NCBI GenBank assembly: GCA_963924565.1
Contig: OZ004613.1
Location: 15,500,001 to 15,564,000, forward strand
Length of the DNA stretch: 64,000 nucleotides
From: Ascidiella aspersa
Lineage: Eukaryota
Direction: 5' to 3'
Shown here: positions 1-13,500 of the stretch, piece by piece
Position numbering within the stretch: position 1 is the first letter of the stretch
Layout of the letters: each line of letters opens with the position of its first letter
The notes under the pieces: generated by a model
Database searches by the model: none
What the model was told of the DNA's origin: nothing
The model's input: only the letters and a program-made list of their open reading frames with translations
Program-made: the position numbers and the translations under genes

Positions 1-300
1 CACTACAAAAAGGCCTACATTTGGCGGGGATGAACTTATCTATTGTACTTAATATCTTGCTACTCATAAAATATTTAGGTCGCTAAGAAGCCTACTAAAC
101 AAACTAGGTGTTTAATCTTCCAAGGAATAAAATAAATACTTTTGCATTTTATTATGCAGAAATGCAGCAAAAATCCTAGAACGAGTATTCAGGAATTAAG
201 GCTTAAGATCAATTGTTTCGTTCCTTATGTAGCCAACAGCAAAATAATGTTAAAAATTCACAACATGACATGAAACAAATTTATTAAGGACATCACTCCA

Positions 301-2409
301 TCATAGAGAAGTGTCAATTGAGTCGTACTTTCTGTACGACAAATGGTGACCTCGACTTGGGCCCAAATCCGTTTGGCCAGTGTGTGGCCCGTGAAGCTCT
401 TTATCTTTAACGCTGAGCAGAGGCGATCCGATGCTGCTAAAGGAAGTCGAGCTGTCTTTATCCCCGAAATCTTTCTTGGTGGTTGGAATGCAAATATTTG
501 ACAGTAACGCCTGTTTTTTGACACTAATCGAAATGCCAGAACTGGATTCGTCCCAAAGCATGTTTGGATTTATCTTTGTATTGTAGTCAGGTGGGGAGCG
601 ACCGGGGTACATAGGAAGCGATCGAAGGCTGGATGTTCCAGAAGTTAATCTCATATTTCCTGCCGAGGGATTAACAAGTCCGACCTCACTACGAGAGCTC
701 AGAGAATGAGTAGTACGCTGTTTGTCGTACCCAAAAGTATTGTCAGTAGAATAACTACAGCGAGCTCCGAAACCACTGGATCGGTTTGCTGATCTCGAAA
801 TGGTGCCAGATGAAACATTGTCCGTCGCAGGTAAATGGGTTTTAATCACGCAGCCTCTGGTAAAAGCAACAGGTGGTCGTTCAAAATGGATGCCATCCGA
901 TAAACCAGACTGAATGGAGCAAGAGTCGTCGCCAGAAGATAATCTTCCGCCACCACAAAGCAACCGCGGTAATACCATTCCGACAGATTCACGTTCACTA
1001 CTACTTGACGTTACCTGTGTATCCGACGCAGAATCAAGAGTCTGGCAAATAGTGGGTGCTGTACCCTCGTACAGGGTCTTGTTATCATCGCTTATACGTG
1101 GCGAGTTTATTTTTTTCGACAATACATGGTTTGGCGGCATTGAATTTGTAGACCCGTCACCAGACGTCTCGCTTGAATTGAATGAAAATGGTTGATAAAA
1201 CTGATCATTGCCCACACAAGAAGCCAGCCTCTGCTTAGATGACAGTGTTTTATGTGGAACATAGTTAAAATGGTCGGATGAGCATCCAGATGACATAGAC
1301 GTCGTGTCCGACTGGATAATGGAGCTGGATTCAGGAGCAAAATTGCTATTTATGTCAACTTTTTTAAGAGGTTTATAATGCTGAGCGAAAGCACTTACAG
1401 AGTTGCATAAAACAGATCCATCACATTTAATTATAGGCTTCTCGAATTTGTTCGAAAACGAAGGTGTTGTCGTACCAACTTTGCTGGTTTTCGAAAAACT
1501 ACTTTTCTGTGATGGCACATCCTCTTGTGGGTGATAAAGTTGAGCAGGTTCAACGAATTGTTTTTCATTTATTATTTCGGATCGGGCACCTACGTCATTC
1601 GAACAACGGTTATATATTTTGACATCGGGCTCCTTATTACCTTTCCTTATAGGTGTACTTGATTGGGAAGACTTTTGGTATGGCCACAGTGCGTCGCTAA
1701 CAGATTGAAGTGACTTTGTGCACACATATTGCTTAGATTTAACGGTGCACTCTTTTTGATCTTTAGGCTCAAACCGTGTTTTATGTTTCGGTAATTCCGA
1801 CTTAACAAGACTTTGGGGCTCAACCCACAAGGTTTTCAAGTAAGCCTCGTTATAGGTTTGATCACGAGATAAAATCTTCTTCCCTTGCGTGTTACTACAT
1901 CCTGCCAATTTTTTTGGATCTTCGCACTCAGTGTGGATGCGTTTCTGCCAGGAAGAGCAACATGAAGTCGGGGAGCCGCTTAAAGACGTTTTGTGCGTAT
2001 CGTCGCCGCCTATACCATTCACTGTTGTAGTGCCACTTCTCGAGGAGAAATCCGATTCGCTCTCGATCAATACACTACGTGGAAATCGATCAGGAAGAGT
2101 CCTGGATCTCTTGGCATTGTTTGCGATATTATGCTCATCCAATGTAACGTCACTGTATTTAGCACCTCCTGATTCACCTGACAGTTGCCGATAAGGGGTT
2201 AAAATATTTAAGGAAACTCTAGAAGATTTTGTTTTTTTCTTTCTTCCTCTTTGGCCCTTTTGGCATATCTGGAGAACAGCTTTGACGGTCGCAAGAATCG
2301 CCAAATTCTTCTCGTTTTGCAGCTTCATAAACTTGACTAGTTCAGGGGAAAGGGGCTCGGCTGGCGGATTCAGCCAGTCGGAGATTTCCAAGAACAAGTC
2401 GTTGTTCAT
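301..2409 (-). CDS. Single-exon ~702-aa Ser/Thr-rich, probably disordered protein of unknown family
   Basis: Uninterrupted 2.1-kb ORF in AT-rich DNA. First ATG is at 2409 (the track start at 2430 is GTG). Upstream acceptor-like ttttcag ends at 2528. Basic cluster RGRKKKTK, PPDY motif and C-terminal DTSL. No recognisable domain. Confidence 0.7.
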   Translation of the reverse strand: MNNDLFLEISDWLNPPAEPLSPELVKFMKLQNEKNLAILATVKAVLQICQKGQRGRKKKTKSSRVSLNILTPYRQLSGESGGAKYSDVTLDEHNIANNAKRSRTLPDRFPRSVLIESESDFSSRSGTTTVNGIGGDDTHKTSLSGSPTSCCSSWQKRIHTECEDPKKLAGCSNTQGKKILSRDQTYNEAYLKTLWVEPQSLVKSELPKHKTRFEPKDQKECTVKSKQYVCTKSLQSVSDALWPYQKSSQSSTPIRKGNKEPDVKIYNRCSNDVGARSEIINEKQFVEPAQLYHPQEDVPSQKSSFSKTSKVGTTTPSFSNKFEKPIIKCDGSVLCNSVSAFAQHYKPLKKVDINSNFAPESSSIIQSDTTSMSSGCSSDHFNYVPHKTLSSKQRLASCVGNDQFYQPFSFNSSETSGDGSTNSMPPNHVLSKKINSPRISDDNKTLYEGTAPTICQTLDSASDTQVTSSSSERESVGMVLPRLLCGGGRLSSGDDSCSIQSGLSDGIHFERPPVAFTRGCVIKTHLPATDNVSSGTISRSANRSSGFGARCSYSTDNTFGYDKQRTTHSLSSRSEVGLVNPSAGNMRLTSGTSSLRSLPMYPGRSPPDYNTKINPNMLWDESSSGISISVKKQALLSNICIPTTKKDFGDKDSSTSFSSIGSPLLSVKDKELHGPHTGQTDLGPSRGHHLSYRKYDSIDTSL

Positions 2410-3489
2410 CACGATACGGACTATCAGCACGAGAAAAACGATCGATCCATTCAGCCTAAATTTGAAAATCGGTTGAATTTTAGAAACATTTACATATTGA
2501 AACTTATGGCAAACAAAAAACTTTGACCTGAAAAGTGAATATTATTTGACAAAGTTTAAACTAAAAATATGGTTACAGTTAGTTGATATATATATCAAGA
2601 ATAAATTGATTTAAATAACGCATTGTTCTATTAATGAATTAGTGTCTTAGGCATCAGATATAGGCCTATAGGTGCATTACTGACGACCCAAATCAGTTTT
2701 GTTGACGTGCTTAGTCAAGATTTTAGGCATATGAAAATGTTACACAGCTTTGAAATGTTTTTTGTCAAAAACACGCCAGCTATTTTATAAAATTACCGAG
2801 GAAGCAGGTTACGTTAAACGGGGTCAAAAAGTGGTAAAAATTACAGGCAAATTTGGAAATAAGAAATAGGTCGATTGGAAATGACCACCGAAAAAGGACA
2901 CGGAATAAACTATTCAATGCTATACTCTAATTTAGAGATGCAAAACTATCAAAATAAAGCAAAAACAAAGTACGAGCTAAAGCTAATGCGAAAAAATAGT
3001 GATCAACAAACTACGCTCCCCGGGCGCCTCCAGCAAGGTCAGCTCTTCCGTGGGCCCATAGTGTGTTAAATAGCGATAAAATACTAAAACAATAAAAAAT
3101 GTAAACGACAAATGCATATAGTAAACTAAACGGCAAAATGCATATAGTAAATACAGTTTTTGTCAAACAGTTATTAAAGTTGCTCGAGAATTAAATCAAT
3201 GTAGTTGGACACAAAATTTCATAGCCCGGCCGCGACCCTTACACTTATCCAGCCATTTATTAAAGTACATTTTGCAAAATAATTTGACTATGAAATTGTT
3301 TCTTGACCAACTCTGACGTAATGTATAATTTTTTTTTACAAAATGTTGACTTCAAAAAATCAAAAAGAGTCGCCCTAATTATAACTGTAAAGCAGCCGGC
3401 AAAAAGTTTAAAGTGCAATTGGGGAGTTCTACATTTTAACTAATAAAATAATTCAAAATAAATTCCAATACAAAACATATAACTATTTA

Positions 3490-4505
3490 CTAAACATACC
3501 AGGCGACAAACATATTCCAAGCTTTGATCAACAGGCCAGTTAATAGATTAAAATATTTTTCAAAATATATCTTCGTGGCTGAACATATGGATTGGTATAA
3601 ACATTTTCCATCAAGATGCGAAACATAAAAGTCACTCGCATATGAGAAAATTCGTTTCCAATTCTCAGTGTCAGGCCCGTTTGATTCTGAACTGAGACTC
3701 TGCAACAACAAAAGCTATTTAAAAGGACAGTTTGATAAATTCGTGGCTGGAAAAGTACCAATGAAAACGATGTGACTTTCTGCGCAAACCCCTAATAAAA
3801 TAATAATCACATACGTTTTTACGTTAGTTACTATATCTTAGACAACATTTTACTTACCCATTTGTTATTCCGAAAGTATTTTGAGTTTGTGCAAAGTAGG
3901 CCTACCAGTTGTAGAAGTATGGCAATGCCAATTAGACCCGCGCAGAGATATATCGGGAAAAGGAAAGCTTGATAATCAGTTCCAGCCTTCAGGCAATTAC
4001 ACTTGCAATCGCTTACATTCGGTGATTGCTTTAGGGCAGGGACGACAGCAGCCAAGTAAGGGCTAATAGACCCTACTTTCAACACTTTTTCTTCCCACAT
4101 ATTTAAGCGATCTACATTTAATTCTTCCTTTAAAGGCGAATCCATAACCGATTTATCCTCCAGTTTTTCATGGTTCAAAAAATTGGTCGATTCCTGTTTA
4201 AGAGTTAGACGAGACAGACTAACCAGGAAAGATTCCAGCAACTCAGTTAAATTCCTTGAAAGAGGAACTACGTACTCTGGATACCTTTCGGCCACCCTTT
4301 CCGTTAAATCAGGCCGTTTTGGCGTACCACCGTTTACAAATTTTGTAATAGCCAGCGTCAGTACGCCAAATACGGCAAGCAAAACCACAGCAAAAATTAG
4401 CAAAGTTTTTCGTAGAGGACGTCGGTCTTCCAGAGGAATACGAAGCAAATGCATATCCATTGCTAACAATGTTTGCAAGAGAAATACTGTTAGCTCAATT
4501 TCCAT
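3490..4505 (-). CDS. Two-exon ~285-aa membrane protein with two hydrophobic segments, unknown family
   Basis: Exons 4505-3858 and 3699-3490 are joined by a phase-0 GTAAGT...TTGCAG intron (KW|SLSS). TM-like LLIFAVVLLAVFGVLTLAI and FLFPIYLCAGLIGIAILLQLVGLLC. The start could instead be the downstream MDMHLL. Confidence 0.65.
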
Positions 4506-5659
4506 TTGACACAGCTCCAAATTATTTATTATGACGCAACAAAAAGGTTTTGTTGTAAATATGTATGGAAATATTTTGTTTAATATATTATGCAAAGCAG
4601 ACACAACTTAACTAAGACAAGGTATAAGCACTGTGTAGCACATTGGCGTGTAGCAATCAAAGTGATTTAATCTTTTGTTTGGACATAATTTAACTATTTT
4701 ACGATGTTTTATTATTTTGCAAATTAATAACAAACCGTTTATGACGTCAAACTAATTAGCATATAATTGGCTACTATAGGACCAGTAAAAGTAATAATCT
4801 CGCATTTGTTTGTCGATACAGAAATTTTTAAAACTGATTGATAAGTGATAACAGAGAAAAAATTGCAATGTTTTTGGCACTTTTGCGAGATCAAAAGTTA
4901 TAACAGCTTCTGTCGACATTGAAAGTGAGAGTTTTCATGATGCATTTCAAGCATCAACATACGTATTATTTTCTGTGATATCACCTTGGCACATTATTTT
5001 GCAACCCACAATCTGGTCTATATTTTTAAGTTTAAACACTTATTGCAATTGCCCATAAAGTGACGTACGGAAGTGAACCAGTCTTGAGATCTTAAATTGA
5101 AAGTTGAAGATTTTAAGAGATCAGAGCTTTTTTTTTTTTTTTTTTTTTTGTTCATGTCCAGCATTGAATGCAAAATGTGGATCGAACTTTAAACTTTTTT
5201 ATAATATCAATGCTTCGCCGAAACAGCAAATGCAACTATTTTATACCGGTACATTACATGAACTTGCCTATAGTTTGGCCGTGAGCCCTGTTGTAATTGC
5301 ATTACTGGACTTAATGAAGCTTCTGAATCAGCTACTCGGCTAACTAGGCCTACATATTTCGTAAATAGCATCTACTATAGGCTATAACCTGTTCCGCCGT
5401 CTTTAAGTGATTTTTTTATCCACAAATGGTAAACAGAAATAAAGGCGCTATAAGTAGGTATAGAAAAGAAGTTAAGGATTATGGATGGGTTCTTATCAAT
5501 GAGCAAATAGGAAGCCAGGAATATCTAAACAAGCCAGTAATGTCCTGAGCTCGGTTCTCTGACAACCTATCTCCACTATAGGGACCAGGTGCCGGCACGA
5601 TATAGAGCCTAAGTTGGAATTGCGCATAACAGCAGGCCTACAGATTAACGTTTTTGGGA

Positions 5660-5990
5660 CTCGTCCGAAATACAAACAAACATCAACGTCGGAATAAAAC
5701 ACAGTTCGGAATAATACCAAAATTGGACTATAAAATAATAGCCGTAATAACGCCTAAATCGGAATAAGTCCTAAACCCACCGGCCCTAATTGGCCAGAAT
5801 CAGGCCTATACAAGCTTTTACCTAACCCAAAACCCCACCTCTAAGTACATGATCAGCTCCTCTAAAATGTAACCATAACCCAATTTCTTAGCCCTACCAT
5901 TACCCGATAACCTCAAAACAGAAGCAGACAATCTGGTGCAGCGGTGCCCTAACGGCGCTGGTCAAACTGGGCCGTCCAAACGTCGACACC
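5660..5990 (+). repeat. Interspersed non-autonomous repeat (TAACC-rich), uninterrupted copy of the element split at 53800-59460
   Basis: Shares aacatcaacNtcggaata, ctaaatcggaa, ccagaatcaggNctata and aaccNtaacccaNtttct, in order, with the reverse complement of 59460-59263 plus 53883-53800. Boundaries approximate. Confidence 0.7.
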
Positions 5991-8900
5991 AAAACGCCTG
6001 ATGGAAGACTGACGGCCCGGGATCGTGTCACACCCTCGTCCTACAGTTTCAGGCGTTATTTTGGCTATAGTTCAGTGAATTTAGGACGTATTCCGACAGA
6101 TTTAGGTCCTATTTGGACGATTTAGATCTTTTCTGTCGTGGATATTAGCTACTACGTATTTGGCTTCATTATGTCGTTGGTCTTAATACTGTGGTATTTT
6201 AGTGGGTAAAGGACTAAAGGTTATTATGTAAGGTTTATAAATGTTATACTGGACAACAGAAAAACAGATTTCCCTAAAAAAATGTTTGCTGAGTAAACAG
6301 TTTAGTTGAAACACACAAAAAAAGGGAAAAATAACGCGGCCAATAACTTCCTTTTTTCGGGTAATCAGGTGGCAGTTTATTTAGAATTAGACAAATACGG
6401 CCATTTACAAAGATTTTTTTGCTGTCTCTACACTCGCTGCTAATTAACAAAAATATTAATTCAAACGAAAACCTTATGGAGCGAATTGACAGGTCAATGT
6501 AGACATTATGTTGAAATCATTTACAACAGTTAAAATGGTGTACACAACTGTACTAGCATAAAAAGGCATTGCGTAATGGTTTGAGTTGCGCGAGGTTCAA
6601 ATGGCGACAAACTAATATTACTAGCCAAAGAGTCAAACACCAAATTACACTTTTTGCGCTTTACAATTTCGTTCACTATTGTTACAACAAACGTTAAACA
6701 ATCCTTTACCAAATTTATTTTAACTAAAATAAGATTTTTAGGCGGTATGACGGACTGCTATAAAATGCACAAAATTTACTATGCTTGTCTTTCCAACACA
6801 AATTTCGCAGAATTTTATGAGTATCTGGAGGTAGGAAAACACCAATATGTATCAAATCAGGTTAACGTCGCTAGGGGACGACCGCGATCTTCGAAGTGGC
6901 TGCTTTAAGTCCGTGAGCAACGATAAAAGGGACCAACTCTCCCTGGCTGTTGAATGACGACTAACTCGTAAAACTACGAAATCTGATCTTGTCTCTGCGT
7001 TGTCTGTAGCTGGCGAATGAACGAGCTGCAAGTACCTGGAGTTTAGGAGCTGCCTTCGCAGTTTATTCTCCAAATCTAGGCTGGCGTGCAAACCTTGGAT
7101 ACTGAACTTGGTCTTGCTCAATAACTCCGCCCACCTTTCCTCAATCCTGAATACACAAAAGACCAAGTTTACTTTGTGGTGACCGTTATTGCCAAATAAA
7201 GTTACAGTTCTCCCAGGAGGATGCAAAGTGCGATCTTTACATCCAATCAATGCCTAAAACGGCACTGGGTGCAGTAAAACGATTTAAATAAATTTGGTAC
7301 AAAATAAACAGTCAACCCCATTGTGGTTTAAGTCGTATATTCACGACAAATAAGAAAGAGGCTCCTTGAGGTGTTTTGAAATGAAGCAAAGTTGGATAAT
7401 ATTTTTTCTCTGCAACATGTTTGTCAACCTTAAAACTGGGCTTTGTTGGTATGTAAACACAATATAAAATAATTAAACAGATCAAAAAATGCAACTACCC
7501 TTGCAAAATTGCTTCTACTATGGTTTTATTGGTAAAATTTCTGTTGTGCTTGTGCACTGCAATGTCAGGTGCCACAAATAGAAAAGTAATATATAACATA
7601 CAGGCCTGCGTCATAAAAACAAATTTCACGATGTCATGATGTTTACAAAATTTACCTTAGAAAAGAATTCGCAATAGCGTACTTGGTAAAGTTAAATGAA
7701 AAATTTTCAAAAATGAAAAATTTTCAAAAAGGAAAAAGGACACTGTGTGCGACTCAATGATATATCGACTGACAGTTGTATATAAAGTAGATTCGACTGT
7801 ACAGATCAAAATGCCAATTTTAAGAGAGCATAAATTTGCCAACGTTGAAACGCTCACAATAAATGAAGAAAACAATACGATGGCTATTTAAACGACTAAA
7901 AATAGAGGATGAATGCAAAAAATGTAGGCTACTCCCTATGAAGTAATGTGTCACTTACATCGAATAAGGGAGAGATAATCACCAGCTAATACAAGGATAC
8001 TGAAAAACGCGGAATGAATCATGACAGCGCATGTTTTGATAAACGAGTGTACGTCAAATACATGATAAAAAATGCAAAAAATTATAAAATAGTTTAGCTG
8101 CGTAAAAGTGAAGTGGTTTTGTAGAAACCGAAATGGGTTTACTGTATGCTGTCGCTACATACATATATTATTTGCTGCGAAATGTGTGATGGTGTTGATT
8201 ATGTGGAAACGAAAAAATCGATGGAAGCTAGCATTTTTGAAACAACGAGCGCATCTTGCAAATATTGTAAACGAGATGGTTTCTACAAAAAATCTCGTAT
8301 TTCGCAAAATATCAACTATCACAGCTACTTTGCACAACGGCGGAGCCACAGAAACGTTTGCGTGAAACGTTCCTTGTCTAACAAGTCCAGCCCAAACCTA
8401 TGTAAGGAGTTCAGCAGCGAACTCAGTAGTACGTGGAATTAACAACAAATCAAAGAAATATCAGCGCAGTAACACACACAAAACCGAGGTTTCCAGAAAT
8501 TGCGTACTCGACAGCGAGCGTCCTTGGCCAAAGAAAATGTTCGGGCGTGTTCGTTACAGCGAATCCGACAGGTGTTTTGAGTTCAAGGGTCAGGTGTATG
8601 ACACGTCGCTGAGTAGGAGCCTGCGTTGTTGCATAACCCTGCATGTGCACGTGGAGTGGGCATGAACATGGATATAGAGCATTGTGTCAAACTATTTGTT
8701 TTAAAAAAAGTTTAATTTCGTCGAAAGGTATTAAGCGAAGTGCATATGGGCGACATTTGCTGTATGCAATTATGAAATGTTTTTTAATGCTTCAGTTGGA
8801 GGCACTAAATTATCCGGAGTACAATTCGTGTCTTAGTGCCGCAATTTTACACCGCTTGTTTGTTTCACACCATTTCAATCGTCTTCAAACACGAAACAAC

Positions 8901-10575
8901 AGGCAAAATGTTCACGAAAACTACAAGCAAAACCAACAAACGGATGCACTAAATTATGTACTCCGAACGCCAGCGCTAGCTTCACATGTAGCATTTGTGC
9001 AATGACACCACAGGTGAAGGACTACGAAGCAATAAACACTCATGCAAAAGTTGGCAAGACCAATACATCAACATGTTTAGTTGTAATCATCAACTTTACT
9101 CGTATTGCGAATCATGCACCGCAGGTGATAGTGAAAAACGCAAGGCTTTTTAATTAAGCAAAAGCACGATAGGTGTTAAGTAATTATTAGAAGTTTGATT
9201 GTTTAGAAAAAAGGCTATTGTGATTCCAAGAAAATTAGAAAAGCAATAGAGGTTTTTGACAATTTTAAGGCCAGCGCGCCACCTTGTCATATAAGTTTTG
9301 GAAAACGACAAAATTTGCTTATTGCTGCGCAAAATTACTACGCCTTGAAAGTGTATTTAACATCAATCTAAACAAAGCGGTGTAAAGCGTTTTAACTGAG
9401 GACTTTTCTTATCGCGTTGGGATAGCCACTGTTCATATCATCGCAAACATAGGCGCACAGCAGTTAAAGCACTGTCTACTTTTACACGCAACATGCAAAA
9501 GAATAATGCAAACGGGTTTCAAAAGCGTAGCTTCCACCGAGAGAAGGCAATCACCTTGTTATGATGAGATAAATTTTATGAAATAATAACACACTGGTGT
9601 ATTTGTTTGAACTGCATGACACTGTTTTTTAATATGGACTTTTTATGATATTATAACTTAAGTAATACGCAATAAATGGTATCCTAGTATGATTTAGAAG
9701 CACAATGTAAAGCGGTGCCAAATTTGTAATAAGGTACGAATAGGAATTTTAACAGAAATGCACATTTTAATCACAGATAATAATTTGTGTGCGCCATAAC
9801 CGCAAAAAAAGAGCCGTAAAAAAAGAAAATAAACAAAACAACTTAATGCTTCGACATGCGTTTACCTACAAGTGCTATGATATGTGTTCCATGATCTGTA
9901 AAATCGTTTCATTTTCATTATTGGAGGGTGTTTTTAGTCGTGTCAAGTAAACATTTTAATAATGATAAATAGACCGATTATTTAAACGAAATCTAAAAAC
10001 TTGTGCTAAGGTGACAGACGTGGTCTAAAAACAAAAAAAAAAAATATTTAGCTGTGGTGAAAAATAGGTTGTGTAAAGTGGCGTTAGAATAACAATGATG
10101 CGATTTAAAAGGTAAACACATGCTTACCTAAACGCAAAACTACAACTACTGCGAAAATCTTACGTATATATAAACGATATTTTTCATAATTTGTGTAATA
10201 GTTTGCCAGTGGCCCTCTTGTCAGAAAATGCTATGCATCAAACAGCAATTACCAGCAAACACAGCAAACAATGTTGAACACTGCGCAAGCGAATGGCTTT
10301 TACATAATCGTCATGACGGGCTCATAAAAAGAACAGTCACTTAGGAAATATTTTTTATGATGTTCAAAGACACATAATGAAAAAGTTAGAATGCAATATC
10401 AATGATGGCGCTGAAGGTGCCATTCGCTTCGGGTTTAGTCATGTTAGATAAAAACACTTTATACGAGAGCATTGCACTACAAACACTTCGGCAAAATCCT
10501 TAATGGGTTATGCCAGCTGTGTATTAGTTATATACATGTATAAGATTAGAAACGACGATAAATCTACTATATACG

Positions 10576-13500
10576 CTACCAGCCGGCCTTGACTGCTTCG
10601 ATATCACTGATGAGGTTTTGTGCGAAGCAAATAGGAATGATCTAGACAAAATTGATTATTATACCGCCATTTAAGTAAACTTTTGATTAGAAGCAGCAAG
10701 TATATACAATTTAGAAACTATACACAATTTTAAAATTCCTTTCATTTTATTGTACCTGGACTAATGCAATGCCGATAAAAATTCCTGCCACCATATATAG
10801 GTTCGTTTTAAGCCAGTCTTCGAAACTTGCTATACATCCTGTGATGTATATTTTTTGTGACTGCTCGGCGGCCTGAAACAAAAAAATACTATTTTAATTT
10901 TTCACATGCGAAAGCCTCATACGGAACACGAAATGTCTTCGATCAAAATGGTAGATAATATTAAAAGTAGAACGGAAGTTCACTGTGTTCAAAGAAATGA
11001 ATCTCCGCACTGTAAATATTGCGGCGTGAAATGGCGACGAAAAAGGAATTGCGTCCTTACCGTCACAGTAGGCAAACGCGTGGCGTAACCACACTGCGTA
11101 TTGACGACGTCGATGGTGGATTCCTTGACGCAGCAGCTGAACGGAACGCCACACGACTCGACCGGGGTAAAGCGCACGTCGTTGACCATTATGACAGACG
11201 TGCAATTGAAATACACATTGTTGTCCCAGTCGTGAACACCGGCATCTCCGCCGCAGCACTTCAGCTGCGCGCATATAACAGACAAGTATTGGGCTGTTTT
11301 CACCGAAAACAAGTACTTGGTCTTGGTGTGTCATACACATGACTAAGCAGCGCTTATTTTAGCAAAAATAGATTTTGCGAAAACGACGACAACTTTCAAC
11401 TGTCGAAATAATATATCGCTCGTACTAATGAGTTGTGTCTTGTGTATACGGCACTTGACCGAGGATTTAAGTAGGGGTTTTACACTATGATAAATTGGAA
11501 TTAAATAATTAATTTGATGCCTTTTGGATTCGCCTGATGTAACCGTAATATTTTCATAATATAAAGGAAGTCCAAATTGAAATTTGCAGAGGATTTACGT
11601 CTATATAAATTTAGTGAAAAGATTAAGATAAAGTGTCAGCATTATTTTTAACTTTGCGGCGACGGGGAGCCTAAACGACCAGGCATTCTACATTTGAATA
11701 CCACATAATAAAGTAACGACGAACACTATTGAAAAACTTTGTGAAACGCTACAACCGAATAATTAGTAACGTTTAAAAACATTTTTAAATAAGGGCACGA
11801 ATTAATCTCAATTTAAAAAAACGATTTTTAAATCATTTGCAAAAATAGTAAATAGCGGTCTTGTGATGTTTCGCATCGATGTATTGTTTTCAACGGGGCA
11901 CAAACTTTATATTGAAAGTTTTTTAAGCAAACGCTAAGTACCTGCAAAGTAAGCACTAAAGGCCAACGAACAAAGATCTACATTAAGCTGTTAAATCAAA
12001 TGTCAACACTCAATAATGTGTTGCTGCAATAAAAATTCTTCCGCCACATGTGTGGAAAGTAATAAAACGTTATTGTAGTTTAACAAGGGAAATGTAGTCT
12101 GATCTAAACTAGGATAACTTTTTCAAAGAATTGTAAAACATTTAAAAAGTGGGTTTCTATACAAATAGAAAAAAGATAAATGCAGTGCAAAACAAAGCTA
12201 TATAAATAAACATAATCAATTTGTTTCCATAACCCACACATCAGTAAAGGAAATGTCTAAGCAGAGGCGTATATGTCACGACCTGAAAATTTCGCAAATT
12301 GGAGCGCTAGTTCTTAGTGTATGTGGAACACAAGACTGTGTCTTTTGATGTTGCTTTTGCCTTCGGTTGCAATGATTAAATTATTTTCTTCAACCTAGCC
12401 AAATAAAACAAATAGAGAACGTTTTTTAGACCCCTGCTAAATAATAATAATTGGGCGAAATGGTGAAACGCTTTACATAATTGTTCCGAAAACAAAAAAA
12501 TGGGCGAAAAACAACTCACGTATTCCTGGGAAAAGTCGATTACGTTCTGTAGGTCGGGGTCATCCCTGTAGCCCTTGATCGTCTTGTTAACGAAAAGTGC
12601 GAACTGTTGGTGAAACCAGTCCTTGTACACGAAGCCCAGGATACCGGCAACCAACTCGGCGAAAAATATTACACCCAAGCAAACTGAAAACTGCAACAAC
12701 AAACATCAAACTCAAATATAACTTGAATTAGTTAGTCTGCGCGAGAACAACTATATATGCTTTTTGTGACACAATGTGGTATTACCAAGGTGAATGAAAT
12801 CGTTTGTAAAAATGATAAAATACCTAAGACACTTAGCATTGTAGCAACAAAGTGTTTATTTTTCATAATAGGTTGAAACAAATGTATCGCCTTCGTGCTA
12901 GACGCCGCTTCAATAGCCATTGTACAACCAACAGCTAACTGATATAATCATCATTTCCAACTAATAACTAGATAAGCTGTGTTGCTATCACGATACGATA
13001 AACCAACTGCCGTGTTATGCACTGTCCCATTCAAACGATCATAATACAAAAGGTCGTATAACCACTTTTAATTATATAACACATTATATAACAAGTCAAT
13101 AAATAGATAGTCATTATAGATCAAGGTAATAACGGCATTGAAATATACGAAGAATGTGATTTGTTTAGATCTATTTTCAAAAGTGCGCAGCAAAACGCAT
13201 TTCATTACGGTTTGACTGATTTAAAACAATAGCCAGTTTTCGAACAATAGTTAGGCAGGAAACAATAAAGCAAAATAATTCTTGATTTGTGATGTTCGAT
13301 GTTTCCACATCAATGAAATTGTTTCCTATTTCATATTAGAAATATTTTGATAGTTTAAAGCCATTGTATTCATTTAATATACATTTGAAGCCGAACGGTA
13401 TTCTAGAAAAACACTTTGTCTACGTATTTTAGGTTTGGAATTTGGAGCGAACTTGGAAACTTCTAGTGTTTTGTTTATGCGGCAGTCTAACTGCTAGCGC

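Noticed and set aside
914-2476. Plus-strand ORFs of 64-101 aa
   Set aside because: Antisense shadows of the 702-aa ORF.
7600-9400. Cluster of 60-120-aa ORFs on both strands
   Set aside because: No domain signal, overlapping frames and no splice chain; probably UTR or intergenic sequence.
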